From: Thermoanaerobaculia bacterium
GTDB lineage: Bacteria > Acidobacteriota > Thermoanaerobaculia > Multivoradales > JAHEKO01
DNA: 64,000 nucleotides
Direction: 5' to 3'
Assembly: GCA_041567315.1 (NCBI GenBank)
Contig: JBFGCA010000004.1
Span: forward strand, 20,922 to 84,921
Below the pieces are notes generated by a model. The model searched no databases, was not told the DNA's origin, and saw only the letters and a program-made list of their open reading frames with translations. The position numbers were made by a program, and so were the translations under genes. Positions within the stretch are counted from its first letter, which is position 1; every line of letters begins with the position of its first letter. Positions 41,130-49,506 of this stretch are shown piece after piece.

Positions 41130-41996
41130 ATGCCGCTTCGGCCGATGGCCTCTGGGACGGTGTCCTTCGGGCTGGTCGCGATTCCGGTGAAGCTGTATAC
41201 GACCGGGGAGAGCGCCAGCACGGTGCGCTTCAGCATGGTCCACCGCGACTGCGGGACGCGGGTCAAGTACCGCTACTACTGCCCGACCGACGACAAGCTG
41301 GTCGAGCGCGACGAGCTGGCCAAGGGCTACGAGTTCGCCAAGAACCAGTACGTGCTGTTCGACGACGACGAGCTCAAGGCGCTGCAGCCGGAGCCCACCA
41401 ACGCCATCGAGATCAGCGAGTTCATCCCGCTCACCGAGATCGACCCGCTGTTCTTCGACAAGTCCTACTACCTGGGGCCCGACCGCGGCGGCGCCAAGCC
41501 CTACCGGCTGCTGGCCGAGACCATGAAGCAGACCGGCCGCGCGGCGCTCGCCAAGTACGCCGCCCGCGGCAAGAACTACCTGGTGCTGCTGCGGCCGTTC
41601 GAGAGCGGGCTGGTGATGCAGCAGCTGCGCTACGCCGACGAGGTGCGGCCCTTCGCCGAGGTGCCGATCGACGACGCGGAGGTTAGCGAGGGGGAGCTCA
41701 AGCTGGCCCGCCAGCTCGTCGAGCAGAGCGCTACCGAGTCGTTCGACGCCGGCGCCTACGAGGACGAGGTCCGCAAGCAGGTGTGGGCGATGGTCGAGCG
41801 CAAGATCCAGGGCGAGGAGATCGTGGCGGCGCCGGAGGAGGCGCCCAAGGCGCAGATCATCGATCTGATGGAGGCCCTCAAAGCCAGTCTCGGCGAGGGC
41901 GGCGAGAGCAAGACGGCGCGCAAGCCGCCGCGGCGGGCCGCGGGTCGCGGCAGCGGCGGCAAGAAGGCGGCGGCCAAGCGGGCGCGCGCCAAATAA
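41130..41996 (+). CDS. ku: NHEJ DNA end-binding protein Ku
   Basis: 288 aa. Ku core (SGTVSFGLVAIPVKLYTTGE...) plus a basic lysine-rich C-terminal tail. Confidence 0.9.
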   Translation: MPLRPMASGTVSFGLVAIPVKLYTTGESASTVRFSMVHRDCGTRVKYRYYCPTDDKLVERDELAKGYEFAKNQYVLFDDDELKALQPEPTNAIEISEFIPLTEIDPLFFDKSYYLGPDRGGAKPYRLLAETMKQTGRAALAKYAARGKNYLVLLRPFESGLVMQQLRYADEVRPFAEVPIDDAEVSEGELKLARQLVEQSATESFDAGAYEDEVRKQVWAMVERKIQGEEIVAAPEEAPKAQIIDLMEALKASLGEGGESKTARKPPRRAAGRGSGGKKAAAKRARAK

Positions 41997-42105
41997 GCCC
42001 TGCCGTGAGCGGCCCAGCGACGCGTCGGCCGGTGGCTCGACCGGTGGCGCGGTGGCCGGCTCGGTCGAGCGGCGGCGGGGACCCCCGCGCGGACGGGGGG
42101 CGAAG

Positions 42106-43014
42106 ATGAGCGTGGCGGTCCAGATGCGCCCGGCGGTGCGCCGCGGGTCGCCGGCGGGGTACACCACCCGGCAGGTGGCCGAGGCGCTCGGGGTCTCGGC
42201 AGGGCGGGTCCGCGCGCTGGCGCGCGCCGGCCTGCTCGAGCCGCGTCGCGGGTCGCGCAGGGAGTACCGGTTCTCCTTCCGGGACCTGGTTCTGGCGCGG
42301 GTCGCGAGGGAGCTGCTCGAGGCCGGGGTCTCCGGCCGGCGGATGCGGCGTGCGCTCGAGCGGCTGCGCCGGCAGCTTCCGGCCGGCCGCTCGCTGGCCG
42401 CGGTGCGGCTCGGGGTCGAGGGCGGCCGGGTGGTGGTGCGCGACGCGGCCGGCGATTGGGAGCCGGAGTCGGGCCAGCAGCGGCTGGACCTGGAGGTCTC
42501 GGAGCTGGCCGGCAAGGTGGCGCCGCTGGCGGTGCGGGCGGCGACCGGAGATCCCGAAGGCCTTGGGGCGTCGGCGGAGGACTGGTTCGAGCTCGGTCTG
42601 GAGCTCGAGGCGGGCGCGCCGGAGCGGGCGGCGGCGGCCTACCGGGCGGCGCTGCGCCTGGAGACCGATCACGCCGGCGCCCACCTGAACCTCGGGCGCC
42701 TGCTCCACGAGCAGGGCCGGCCCGCGGAGGCGGAGCGGCACTACCGGCGGGCCCTGGCCGCCGGACCGGACGACCCGACCGCAGCGTTCAATCTGGGGGT
42801 CGCGCTCCAGGACCTCGGGCGGCCGCGCGACGCTCTGGCGGCCTACCAACAGGCGCTCGAGGCCGACGCCGGCTACGCCGACGCCTATTACAACCTGGCC
42901 GGCGTGTGCGAGGAGCTGGGCGAGCAGGCAGAGGCCATCGGCTACCTCAAGACCTATCGGTCGCTGGTCGGTCTGGCACCGGACAAAGGGCGGGGGAAGG
43001 TGCCGGCCTCCTGA
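42106..43014 (+). CDS. MerR-like HTH domain protein with C-terminal TPR repeats
   Basis: ATG (MSVAVQ) within ORF 42052..43014. HTH region YTTRQVAEALGVSAGRVRALARAGLLEP. Three or four TPR units. Confidence 0.6.
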   Translation: MSVAVQMRPAVRRGSPAGYTTRQVAEALGVSAGRVRALARAGLLEPRRGSRREYRFSFRDLVLARVARELLEAGVSGRRMRRALERLRRQLPAGRSLAAVRLGVEGGRVVVRDAAGDWEPESGQQRLDLEVSELAGKVAPLAVRAATGDPEGLGASAEDWFELGLELEAGAPERAAAAYRAALRLETDHAGAHLNLGRLLHEQGRPAEAERHYRRALAAGPDDPTAAFNLGVALQDLGRPRDALAAYQQALEADAGYADAYYNLAGVCEELGEQAEAIGYLKTYRSLVGLAPDKGRGKVPAS

Positions 43015-43068
43015 GCGGGGAGGTCGGCACCGGTGGGTTTGGGTCAGGTGGGATGAAAAGGCGGGATT

Positions 43069-43113
43069 GACTACGTGGCTTGCTCGATAGGACGCCGTTT
43101 TGTCCTGCAAGCC
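43069..43113. terminator. Nested perfect inverted repeat between convergent genes; probable bidirectional terminator or protein-binding palindrome
   Basis: 11-bp perfect stems (acgtggcttgc / gcaagccacgt) enclose an inner hairpin ggac-gccgtttt-gtcc. Confidence 0.35.
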
Positions 43114-43141
43114 ACGTGCCAGCCCCGCTCTCCGGGGGCTG

Positions 43142-43379
43142 CTAGCCCTGCGGCAGCGCCTCCTCCTCGCGGTCGGCGAGATCGTTCTGGATGCCGAGGC
43201 GCGTGCAGGCGGCGTCGTAGAGCTGCAGGGTGGCCTTCTTCGCCTTCTGCAGCTCGGTGAGCCGCTCCTTGACCTTGGCCAGCTCCTCGGCGATCTGCCG
43301 GTCGAGGTCGGCGATCTCCTGCTTCGCGACCTCGAGCGATCTCTCGAAAAACGTCCGCTGCTCGTCCCTCAGTTCCATC
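43142..43379 (-). CDS. Small coiled-coil protein (hypothetical)
   Basis: 79 aa, MELRDEQRTFFERSLEVAKQEIADLDRQIAEELAKVKERLTELQKAKK... at the 3' end of ORF 43142..43909. Heptad-like pattern. Confidence 0.4.
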
Positions 43380-43440
43380 ACGCTCTCCCCTGACGGCTTG
43401 ACCGTGCCGCCGGCGCCGCCGGCGGCCACGGTCCTGCATC

Positions 43441-46206
43441 TTACCGCTCGGCCCCGGCGGCGATCGCCGCCAGCTGTTCGTCGATCCGCTGGAGCTCCAC
43501 CTCGAGCTGACGCCGGGCTTCTCCGTCGGCGGGCTGCCACTCGTCCTGCCCGGTGAGCGGCTCGGCCGGGGAATCGGGCAGCCGCTCGACCGCCGGATCG
43601 ACCGGGGGTTCGGCCACCTCCGTCCGGATCGGACCGGCGGCGGGCCCGGCAGCCGGCCCGGCGGCCGGTCCCGGCGGGGCCGGCGCCGCCACCGACGCTT
43701 CCGGTCGCTGCGCCGCCGCGGCGCCCTCCGGCGGCTCGGTCGCCGCACCGTCCTCGACGCCGGGACCACCGGCGCCGCGCAGGGGGGACAGCAGCAGCAG
43801 GGCAGCCACGGCCAGAGCAGCGAGCACCACCAGCAGCGCCACCAGGAGCCGTCGGAATCGCGCCCGTTCGTGCTCCTCGGTAGGCTGGTCGTCGCCGGGG
43901 TCGCCCCACGGGGACAGGCGCTTCAGGACCGGCGCCAGCCCCGCTGCCACCGGCTCGACCGGGACCGTGCGCTCCTCGAGCGGGCTGGCGGCGGGCGTGG
44001 GCGGGCCGGGTGCAGCCGACGAGGAGGTGGGCGCCGGGGCCCGGGTCGCCGCCGGGGGCGCGGCGGCGACCGTCGGTGCCGCCGACTTCCGACCCGCGAG
44101 CAGCTCCTCGAGGTAGGCCGCCAGGTCGCCGGGCCCCGGGGTCGGGCTCAGGGCGGTGAGGATGCGGTCGAGCTCCGCCTGCAGCTCGGAGGCGTACTGG
44201 TAGCGGTCGTCGGGATCGCGGGCCAGCGCCCGGCGCAGGATCAGCCGCACCGGCGACGGCAGGCCCGGCGTGGCCTGCAGCCGGGTCTCCAGGTCGCAGG
44301 CGCGGGCCGCCTCGAGCACCGCGATCTCGTTGTCGCCGGTGTAGAGCTTCTCGCCGGCCAGCATCTCGAACAGCAGGGCGCCGACCGCGAAGACGTCCGA
44401 GCGGCGGTCGACGGCGCGGCCTGCGGCCTGCTCCGGGGACATGTACTGGAGCTTGCCCTTGAGGGCGCCGATCTGGGTCGACCCCAGGTTGGAGACCGCC
44501 TTGGCGACCCCGAAGTCGCAGAGCTTGATGTCGCCGCCGAAGCTGATCAGCACGTTCTGCGGCGAGACGTCGCGGTGGACCAGCTCCAGCTCGCGGTCGT
44601 CGAAGTCGCGCTTGCGGTGCGCGTAGTCGAGAGCGCTGGCCACCCGCGAGGCGACGTGGAGGGCAAGACCACCGGGCAGCGGCCGGTTCTCCCGGCGGGC
44701 GGCGTGGAGGATGGACCGCAGGTCCAGCCCCTCGACGTATTCCATGGCGATGTAGTAGTCGTCGCCGAGCCGGCCCAGATCGTAGATGTGGACGATGTTG
44801 TTGTGGTTGAGCTGGGCGGCCAGCTTGGCCTCGTCGACGAACATCTCGACGAACGCCTGTTCGTCGGCCGGCCGCGGCAGGATGCGCTTGAGCGCCACCC
44901 GCTTTTCGAACCCACCGACGCCGCGCCGCCGCGCCTTCCAGACCTCGGCCATGCCGCCGACGCCGATCCGCTGCTCCAGGGTGTACTCGCCGAACTCGAC
45001 GTCGGGTCCGAGCAGCCCCTGGCCGCCTCCGGGCAGCTCGTGGTGGAAGTCCGCCCCGAGGTCCTCCGGCGCGCCGCCGGCCTCCGGGGCGTCCGCCGGC
45101 CGGGCGGCGGGCCCGCCTCCGGACGGTGACGGCGCCGGCTCGCCGAGCACCTCGGACAGCTCAAGGCCGACCAGGGTCTCGCGGAGCAGCCGGTCGACCT
45201 GGGCGGTTTCCTGCACGCGGTCGGCGGCGGGCCGTCCGGTCCCGTGCAGCGAGCTCGCCAGCAGGTTGGCCAGGGTGCGGTCGAGAGCGCCGCTGGCGTC
45301 CGACGCCGCCGCCCATCGATCGGCGTCCGCTGTGGTGGGGTCGCCCGGCGGCCGCCCTCCGGCCTGGGCGGAAAAGGACACGGTGGGATCCGGCCCGGCG
45401 AGGTCCGAGCCCGCTAAGTCCAGCTCGGCGGGGTCGAACTCGGCGCTCTCGGTCAGGCCGCCGACCGTGTCACTGACCGGGCCGCTGACCGGGCCGCTGA
45501 CCGGGCCGCCGGTCGGACCTTCGGGCTCCCCGGCGGACTCGGGAGCGCCTTCCGCCCCGGCAGCGACCGCGACCGGGACCTCGACCCGGCGCTCCTCCGC
45601 CGCCGGCACCACGGCCCCGTCGGCGGCAGCTTGCCCGACGGCAACCGGCTCGGCGGTCTCGACGGCCTCGGGCTCCGCAGCGTGCTCGACGGGCGGCTCG
45701 GCCGACTCCTCGGCCGGCGGCCGCGAAGACTCCGCCGCCGCGGTGGTCTCGGCTGGAGGCTCGGCGGGATCGATCAGCTCGGCGAGCAGGTCGCCGAAGA
45801 TCTCCTGGGAGCTGAAGATGCGCTGGCCGGGGCCGCCCGCCGTCGCCGGCCGTCCGCCGCGCGCTGCCAGCCCGTCGCGCACCGCGCCGACCAGCGCCTC
45901 GGGCTCGACGGCCAGCGGCAGGACGGCATCGGCCGGCGAGGCCACGGCCTGCTGCTCGCGCCGCTCGGCCAGGAGCAGCACGCCCGGGCCGCCGCTCTGC
46001 CGGCAGAAGGTCCGGACCAGATCGTCGGCCCCGGACAGCCGGTCGTCGACCAGCACCAGCTGCGGGGCGTACTCCGAGGCCGCCCGCAGCGCCTGGTCGT
46101 GGCTCGCCGCCGTCTTGACCAGCCAGCCCTGGGCGGCGAGCGCCGCGCGCAGGCGCTCCGAACCCGCGGTCTCCTGCTCGGCCAGCAGAATCAACGCCAT
46201 GGTCAC
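43441..46206 (-). CDS. Receiver-domain / Hanks-type Ser/Thr protein kinase fusion, with TM segment and Pro/Ala-rich C-terminal tail
   Basis: N-terminal CheY-like REC fold (LILLAEQE...LVLVDDRL). Kinase motifs GVGGMAEVWKA, HRDVSPQNVLI, DFG. Low-complexity linkers with GPVS and GPAA repeats. Confidence 0.85.
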   Translation of the reverse strand: MTMALILLAEQETAGSERLRAALAAQGWLVKTAASHDQALRAASEYAPQLVLVDDRLSGADDLVRTFCRQSGGPGVLLLAERREQQAVASPADAVLPLAVEPEALVGAVRDGLAARGGRPATAGGPGQRIFSSQEIFGDLLAELIDPAEPPAETTAAAESSRPPAEESAEPPVEHAAEPEAVETAEPVAVGQAAADGAVVPAAEERRVEVPVAVAAGAEGAPESAGEPEGPTGGPVSGPVSGPVSDTVGGLTESAEFDPAELDLAGSDLAGPDPTVSFSAQAGGRPPGDPTTADADRWAAASDASGALDRTLANLLASSLHGTGRPAADRVQETAQVDRLLRETLVGLELSEVLGEPAPSPSGGGPAARPADAPEAGGAPEDLGADFHHELPGGGQGLLGPDVEFGEYTLEQRIGVGGMAEVWKARRRGVGGFEKRVALKRILPRPADEQAFVEMFVDEAKLAAQLNHNNIVHIYDLGRLGDDYYIAMEYVEGLDLRSILHAARRENRPLPGGLALHVASRVASALDYAHRKRDFDDRELELVHRDVSPQNVLISFGGDIKLCDFGVAKAVSNLGSTQIGALKGKLQYMSPEQAAGRAVDRRSDVFAVGALLFEMLAGEKLYTGDNEIAVLEAARACDLETRLQATPGLPSPVRLILRRALARDPDDRYQYASELQAELDRILTALSPTPGPGDLAAYLEELLAGRKSAAPTVAAAPPAATRAPAPTSSSAAPGPPTPAASPLEERTVPVEPVAAGLAPVLKRLSPWGDPGDDQPTEEHERARFRRLLVALLVVLAALAVAALLLLSPLRGAGGPGVEDGAATEPPEGAAAAQRPEASVAAPAPPGPAAGPAAGPAAGPIRTEVAEPPVDPAVERLPDSPAEPLTGQDEWQPADGEARRQLEVELQRIDEQLAAIAAGAER
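45473..45508. repeat. Coding tandem repeat, 12 bp x3 (ctgaccgggccg), encoding GPVS repeats in the kinase linker
   Basis: Three perfect tandem copies within CDS 43441..46206. Confidence 0.6.
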
Positions 46207-46332
46207 CCTTCCCAGACGTCGAGTGTTCTAGCACCGCCGCTGCCGGGGGTCAATGGACTCTCAACATTGAAGTTGTTGCGAGAGAGGGGTTTAACGGTCG
46301 CGCGGCGGACCGGCCTGGCGTAGACTGAGACC

Positions 46333-47352
46333 ATGCCGGCAGCGCCCGCACCGCCCCTCGACCGGCTCGGCAGACCGCTGCGGGACCTCAGGATTTCGGT
46401 CACCGACCGCTGCAACTTCCGCTGCCGCTACTGCATGCCGCGGGAGGTGTTCGGCGCCGAGTTCCGCTTCCTGCCCCGCGCCGAGCTGCTGACCTTCGAG
46501 GAGATCCAGCGGCTGGCGCGGATCTTCCACGCGCTCGGGGTGCGCAAGTTCCGCCTGACCGGCGGCGAGCCGCTGCTGCGCCGCGACCTGCCCGGGCTGG
46601 TGCGGCTGCTCGCCGGGCTGCCGGGCGTGGAGGTGGTGCTGACCAGCAACGGCTCGCTGCTGGCCCGCCACGCCGGGGCGCTGGCGGCGGCCGGCCTGGC
46701 CAGGGTCACCGTGAGCCTCGACTCGCTGGACGAGGCGGTCTTCCGGCGGATGAACGACGTCGACTACTCGGTGAGCGACGTGCTGGCCGGCATCGAAGCG
46801 GCGGCGGCGGCGGGACTCACCCCGATCAAGGTGAACGCGGTGATCCAGCGCGGGGTCAACGACGGCGGCGTGGTGGCCTTCGCGCGCCACTTCAAGGGCA
46901 GCGGCCACGTGCCGCGGTTCATCGAGTACATGGACGTCGGCAACACCAACGGCTGGCGGCTGGACCAGGTGGTGCCCGGCGCCGAGATCGTCGAGCGGAT
47001 CCGGACCGAGCTGCCGGCCGAGCCGGTGACGCCCGACTACCGCGGCGAGGTCGCGAGCCGCTGGCGCTACCTGGATGGCGAGGGCGAGTTCGGGGTCATC
47101 ACCTCGGTCAGCCGGCCGTTCTGCGGCGACTGCACCCGCGCCCGGCTGTCGGCCGAAGGCAAGCTGTTCACCTGCCTGTTCGCCAGCGAGGGCACCGACC
47201 TGCGGCACGCCCTCCGCTCCGGCGCCTCCGACGCCGACCTGGCCGAGCTCCTCAGCGCCGTCTGGGCGCGGCGCGCCGACCGCTACTCGGAACAGCGCTC
47301 GGCGGCCACCAGCGGTCTGCACCGGATCGAGATGTCCTACATCGGCGGCTGA
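46333..47352 (+). CDS. moaA: GTP 3',8-cyclase MoaA (radical SAM, molybdenum cofactor biosynthesis)
   Basis: CNFRCRYCMP radical-SAM cluster motif. C-terminal second Cys cluster (CGDCTRARLSAEG). Confidence 0.9.
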   Translation: MPAAPAPPLDRLGRPLRDLRISVTDRCNFRCRYCMPREVFGAEFRFLPRAELLTFEEIQRLARIFHALGVRKFRLTGGEPLLRRDLPGLVRLLAGLPGVEVVLTSNGSLLARHAGALAAAGLARVTVSLDSLDEAVFRRMNDVDYSVSDVLAGIEAAAAAGLTPIKVNAVIQRGVNDGGVVAFARHFKGSGHVPRFIEYMDVGNTNGWRLDQVVPGAEIVERIRTELPAEPVTPDYRGEVASRWRYLDGEGEFGVITSVSRPFCGDCTRARLSAEGKLFTCLFASEGTDLRHALRSGASDADLAELLSAVWARRADRYSEQRSAATSGLHRIEMSYIGG

Positions 47353-47463
47353 CCGCCGGTGGCCGGCCCGGCCGGCCGGACCTGTGGAGGATTTCGCTGC
47401 ACCGCGGCGGCGGCTGGCCTACCTTGATGGAGGCCGTTTCGGGCCTCTCGGGGTAAGCGAGCC

Positions 47464-48147
47464 ATGAGCCCTCCACAGATCGCGCCACAGACCACCACCG
47501 GGACGCCGCCGCCGTCGCCCCGGGTGCCGCTGCAGCGCAAGATCATCCTCAAGTTCCAGCACTTCGACGGCTTCTCGATCGAGGCCTCCCGGAACATCTC
47601 GCTGACCGGGATGTTCATCCGCACCGACTCGCCCGAGCCGCCGGGCGCGGTGTTCATGTTCGAGGTCTGGGTGGGGGACGACTACCAGCTGGTGCACGGC
47701 GTCGGGGAGGTCGTCTGGGAGCGCCGCCGCGCCGACGGACCCAACCGTCCGCCCGGCATGGGAGTGCGTTTTCTCAAGCTCGACCCGGACAGCCGGCGGG
47801 TGATCTCGGGTCTGGTCGAGCACCAACTGCGCGCCGGCGCCGAGGCCGAGACGCTGATGGTCCCCACCGGCGAGTCGGCGGCGGCCGGCGCCCCCGGTCT
47901 CGAAGTGCTGCGCTTCGAAGAGCCGCCGGCGCTCGAGCCGCAGCCGCCGCTGGCGCTCGCCGCTCCGCCGCCCGCCACGGTGCCGCCACCGGCGGCGGCC
48001 GGCGCCGGCGACGGCTCGCCAGCGGCCAGCCCCGCCGAGAGCGCCACGGAGCCGCCGCCCGCGACCGGCGCCCGCCCGCTCGCCTGGCTCGGTCTCTGGC
48101 TGATGGTGGCCGTCGCCACCCTGGCCCTGCTGCTGGTCATCGTCTAG
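47464..48147 (+). CDS. PilZ-domain protein with Pro/Ala-rich linker and C-terminal TM anchor
   Basis: N-terminal PilZ-like domain (VPLQRKIILKFQHFDGFSIEASRNISLTGMFIRTD). Paralogous to the N-terminus of the 58514 gene. Confidence 0.65.
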   Translation: MSPPQIAPQTTTGTPPPSPRVPLQRKIILKFQHFDGFSIEASRNISLTGMFIRTDSPEPPGAVFMFEVWVGDDYQLVHGVGEVVWERRRADGPNRPPGMGVRFLKLDPDSRRVISGLVEHQLRAGAEAETLMVPTGESAAAGAPGLEVLRFEEPPALEPQPPLALAAPPPATVPPPAAAGAGDGSPAASPAESATEPPPATGARPLAWLGLWLMVAVATLALLLVIV

Positions 48148-48181
48148 TCGGGCCTCCGGCTCTGCTACGATCCGCGGCCTG

Positions 48182-49465
48182 TTGGCTGCCGCGATCAAGA
48201 CCGCGCGGGACAGCGCCCCGGACGGCCGGGTGCGCCGGTGGACTGCGCGCCTCGGCCGGCCGGCGGCGATCGCGCTGATCGCCGCGCTCGCCGCCTGCGC
48301 GGGGCCGCCGGCGCCGGCGCCTTCGGGCGACCAGGCGCTCGCCGAGCGGGCCGCCCGGCTCGCCCGTGAGCTGATCCTGGTCGACACCCACGTCGATCTG
48401 CCCTACCGGCTGAACAAGCAGTGGGAGGACGTCTCCGTCCGCACGCCCGGCGGCGACTTCGACTACGAGCGGGCGCGGGCCGGCGGGCTCGACGCGCCCT
48501 TCATGTCGATCTACGTGCCCGCCAGCTATCAGGAGACGGGCGGCGCCAAGGAGCTCGCCGACCGGCTGATCGACATGGTCGAGGACCTCGAGCGCCGCTG
48601 GCCCGACCGCTTCGCCGTGGCCCGCTCGGCGGCCGACGTGCGGCGGCAGTCCGCCGCCGGCCTGATCTCGCTGCCGATGGGGATGGAGAACGGGGCGCCG
48701 ATCGAGGACGACCTCGGCAACCTGGAGCACTTCTGGCGGCGCGGCATCCGCTACGTCACGTTGACCCACTCCGAGAACAACCAGATCTGTGACTCCTCCT
48801 ACGCCGAGGAGCGGCGGTGGGGGGGGCTGAGCCCGTTCGGCCGGCAGGTGGTCGCCGAGATGAACCGCCTGGGGATCATGATCGACGTTTCGCATCTCTC
48901 GGACGCGACCGTCGATCAGGTGCTCGAGCTGTCGGCGGCGCCGGTCATCGCCTCGCACTCCTCGTGCCGGGCGTTCACCCCGGACTGGGAGCGCAACCTG
49001 GACGACGAGCGGATCCGCCGCCTGGCCGCCGCCGGCGGCGTGATCCACGTCAACTTCGGCTCCGCCTTCCTGACCGCGGAGGCCAACCGGCAGTCGCAGG
49101 CCCTGTGGGAGAGCTTCGGCGCCTACAAGGACGAGCACGGGCTGGCCGACGACGATCCCGCGGCCGACGCCTATCTCGAGCAGCTCAAGCGCGAGAACCC
49201 GATGTCGCTGGCCGACGTCACCGACGTGGCCGACCACATCGATCACGTGGTCGCCCTGGTCGGGGTCGACCACGTCGGGCTGGGCTCCGATTTCGACGGG
49301 GTGGGGGAGACCACGCCGACCGGGCTCGAGGACGTCTCTTTCTACCCCAATCTGCTGCGGGCGCTCCTCGAGCGCGGTTACGACGAGGAGGACCTGCGCA
49401 AGATCTGCGGCGAGAACACGCTGCGGGTGTGGGAGGAGGTCGAGGCGGTGGCGCGGCGGCTCTAG
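48182..49465 (+). CDS. Membrane dipeptidase (peptidase M19, renal-dipeptidase family), lipoprotein
   Basis: VDTHVDLPYRL..., HSENN and DVSHLS metal-binding motifs. Lipobox AALAAC. Confidence 0.85.
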   Translation: MAAAIKTARDSAPDGRVRRWTARLGRPAAIALIAALAACAGPPAPAPSGDQALAERAARLARELILVDTHVDLPYRLNKQWEDVSVRTPGGDFDYERARAGGLDAPFMSIYVPASYQETGGAKELADRLIDMVEDLERRWPDRFAVARSAADVRRQSAAGLISLPMGMENGAPIEDDLGNLEHFWRRGIRYVTLTHSENNQICDSSYAEERRWGGLSPFGRQVVAEMNRLGIMIDVSHLSDATVDQVLELSAAPVIASHSSCRAFTPDWERNLDDERIRRLAAAGGVIHVNFGSAFLTAEANRQSQALWESFGAYKDEHGLADDDPAADAYLEQLKRENPMSLADVTDVADHIDHVVALVGVDHVGLGSDFDGVGETTPTGLEDVSFYPNLLRALLERGYDEEDLRKICGENTLRVWEEVEAVARRL

Positions 49466-49506
49466 CAGGCTGCTAGGCTGGGGTCTGAGCGCCCCGCCGC
49501 GGCGGC

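Noticed and set aside
45473-45508. Short tandem repeats that might suggest a CRISPR or VNTR locus.
   Set aside because: Only 3 x 12 bp, contiguous with no spacers, and in frame within the kinase linker. I report it as a coding repeat, not a CRISPR.
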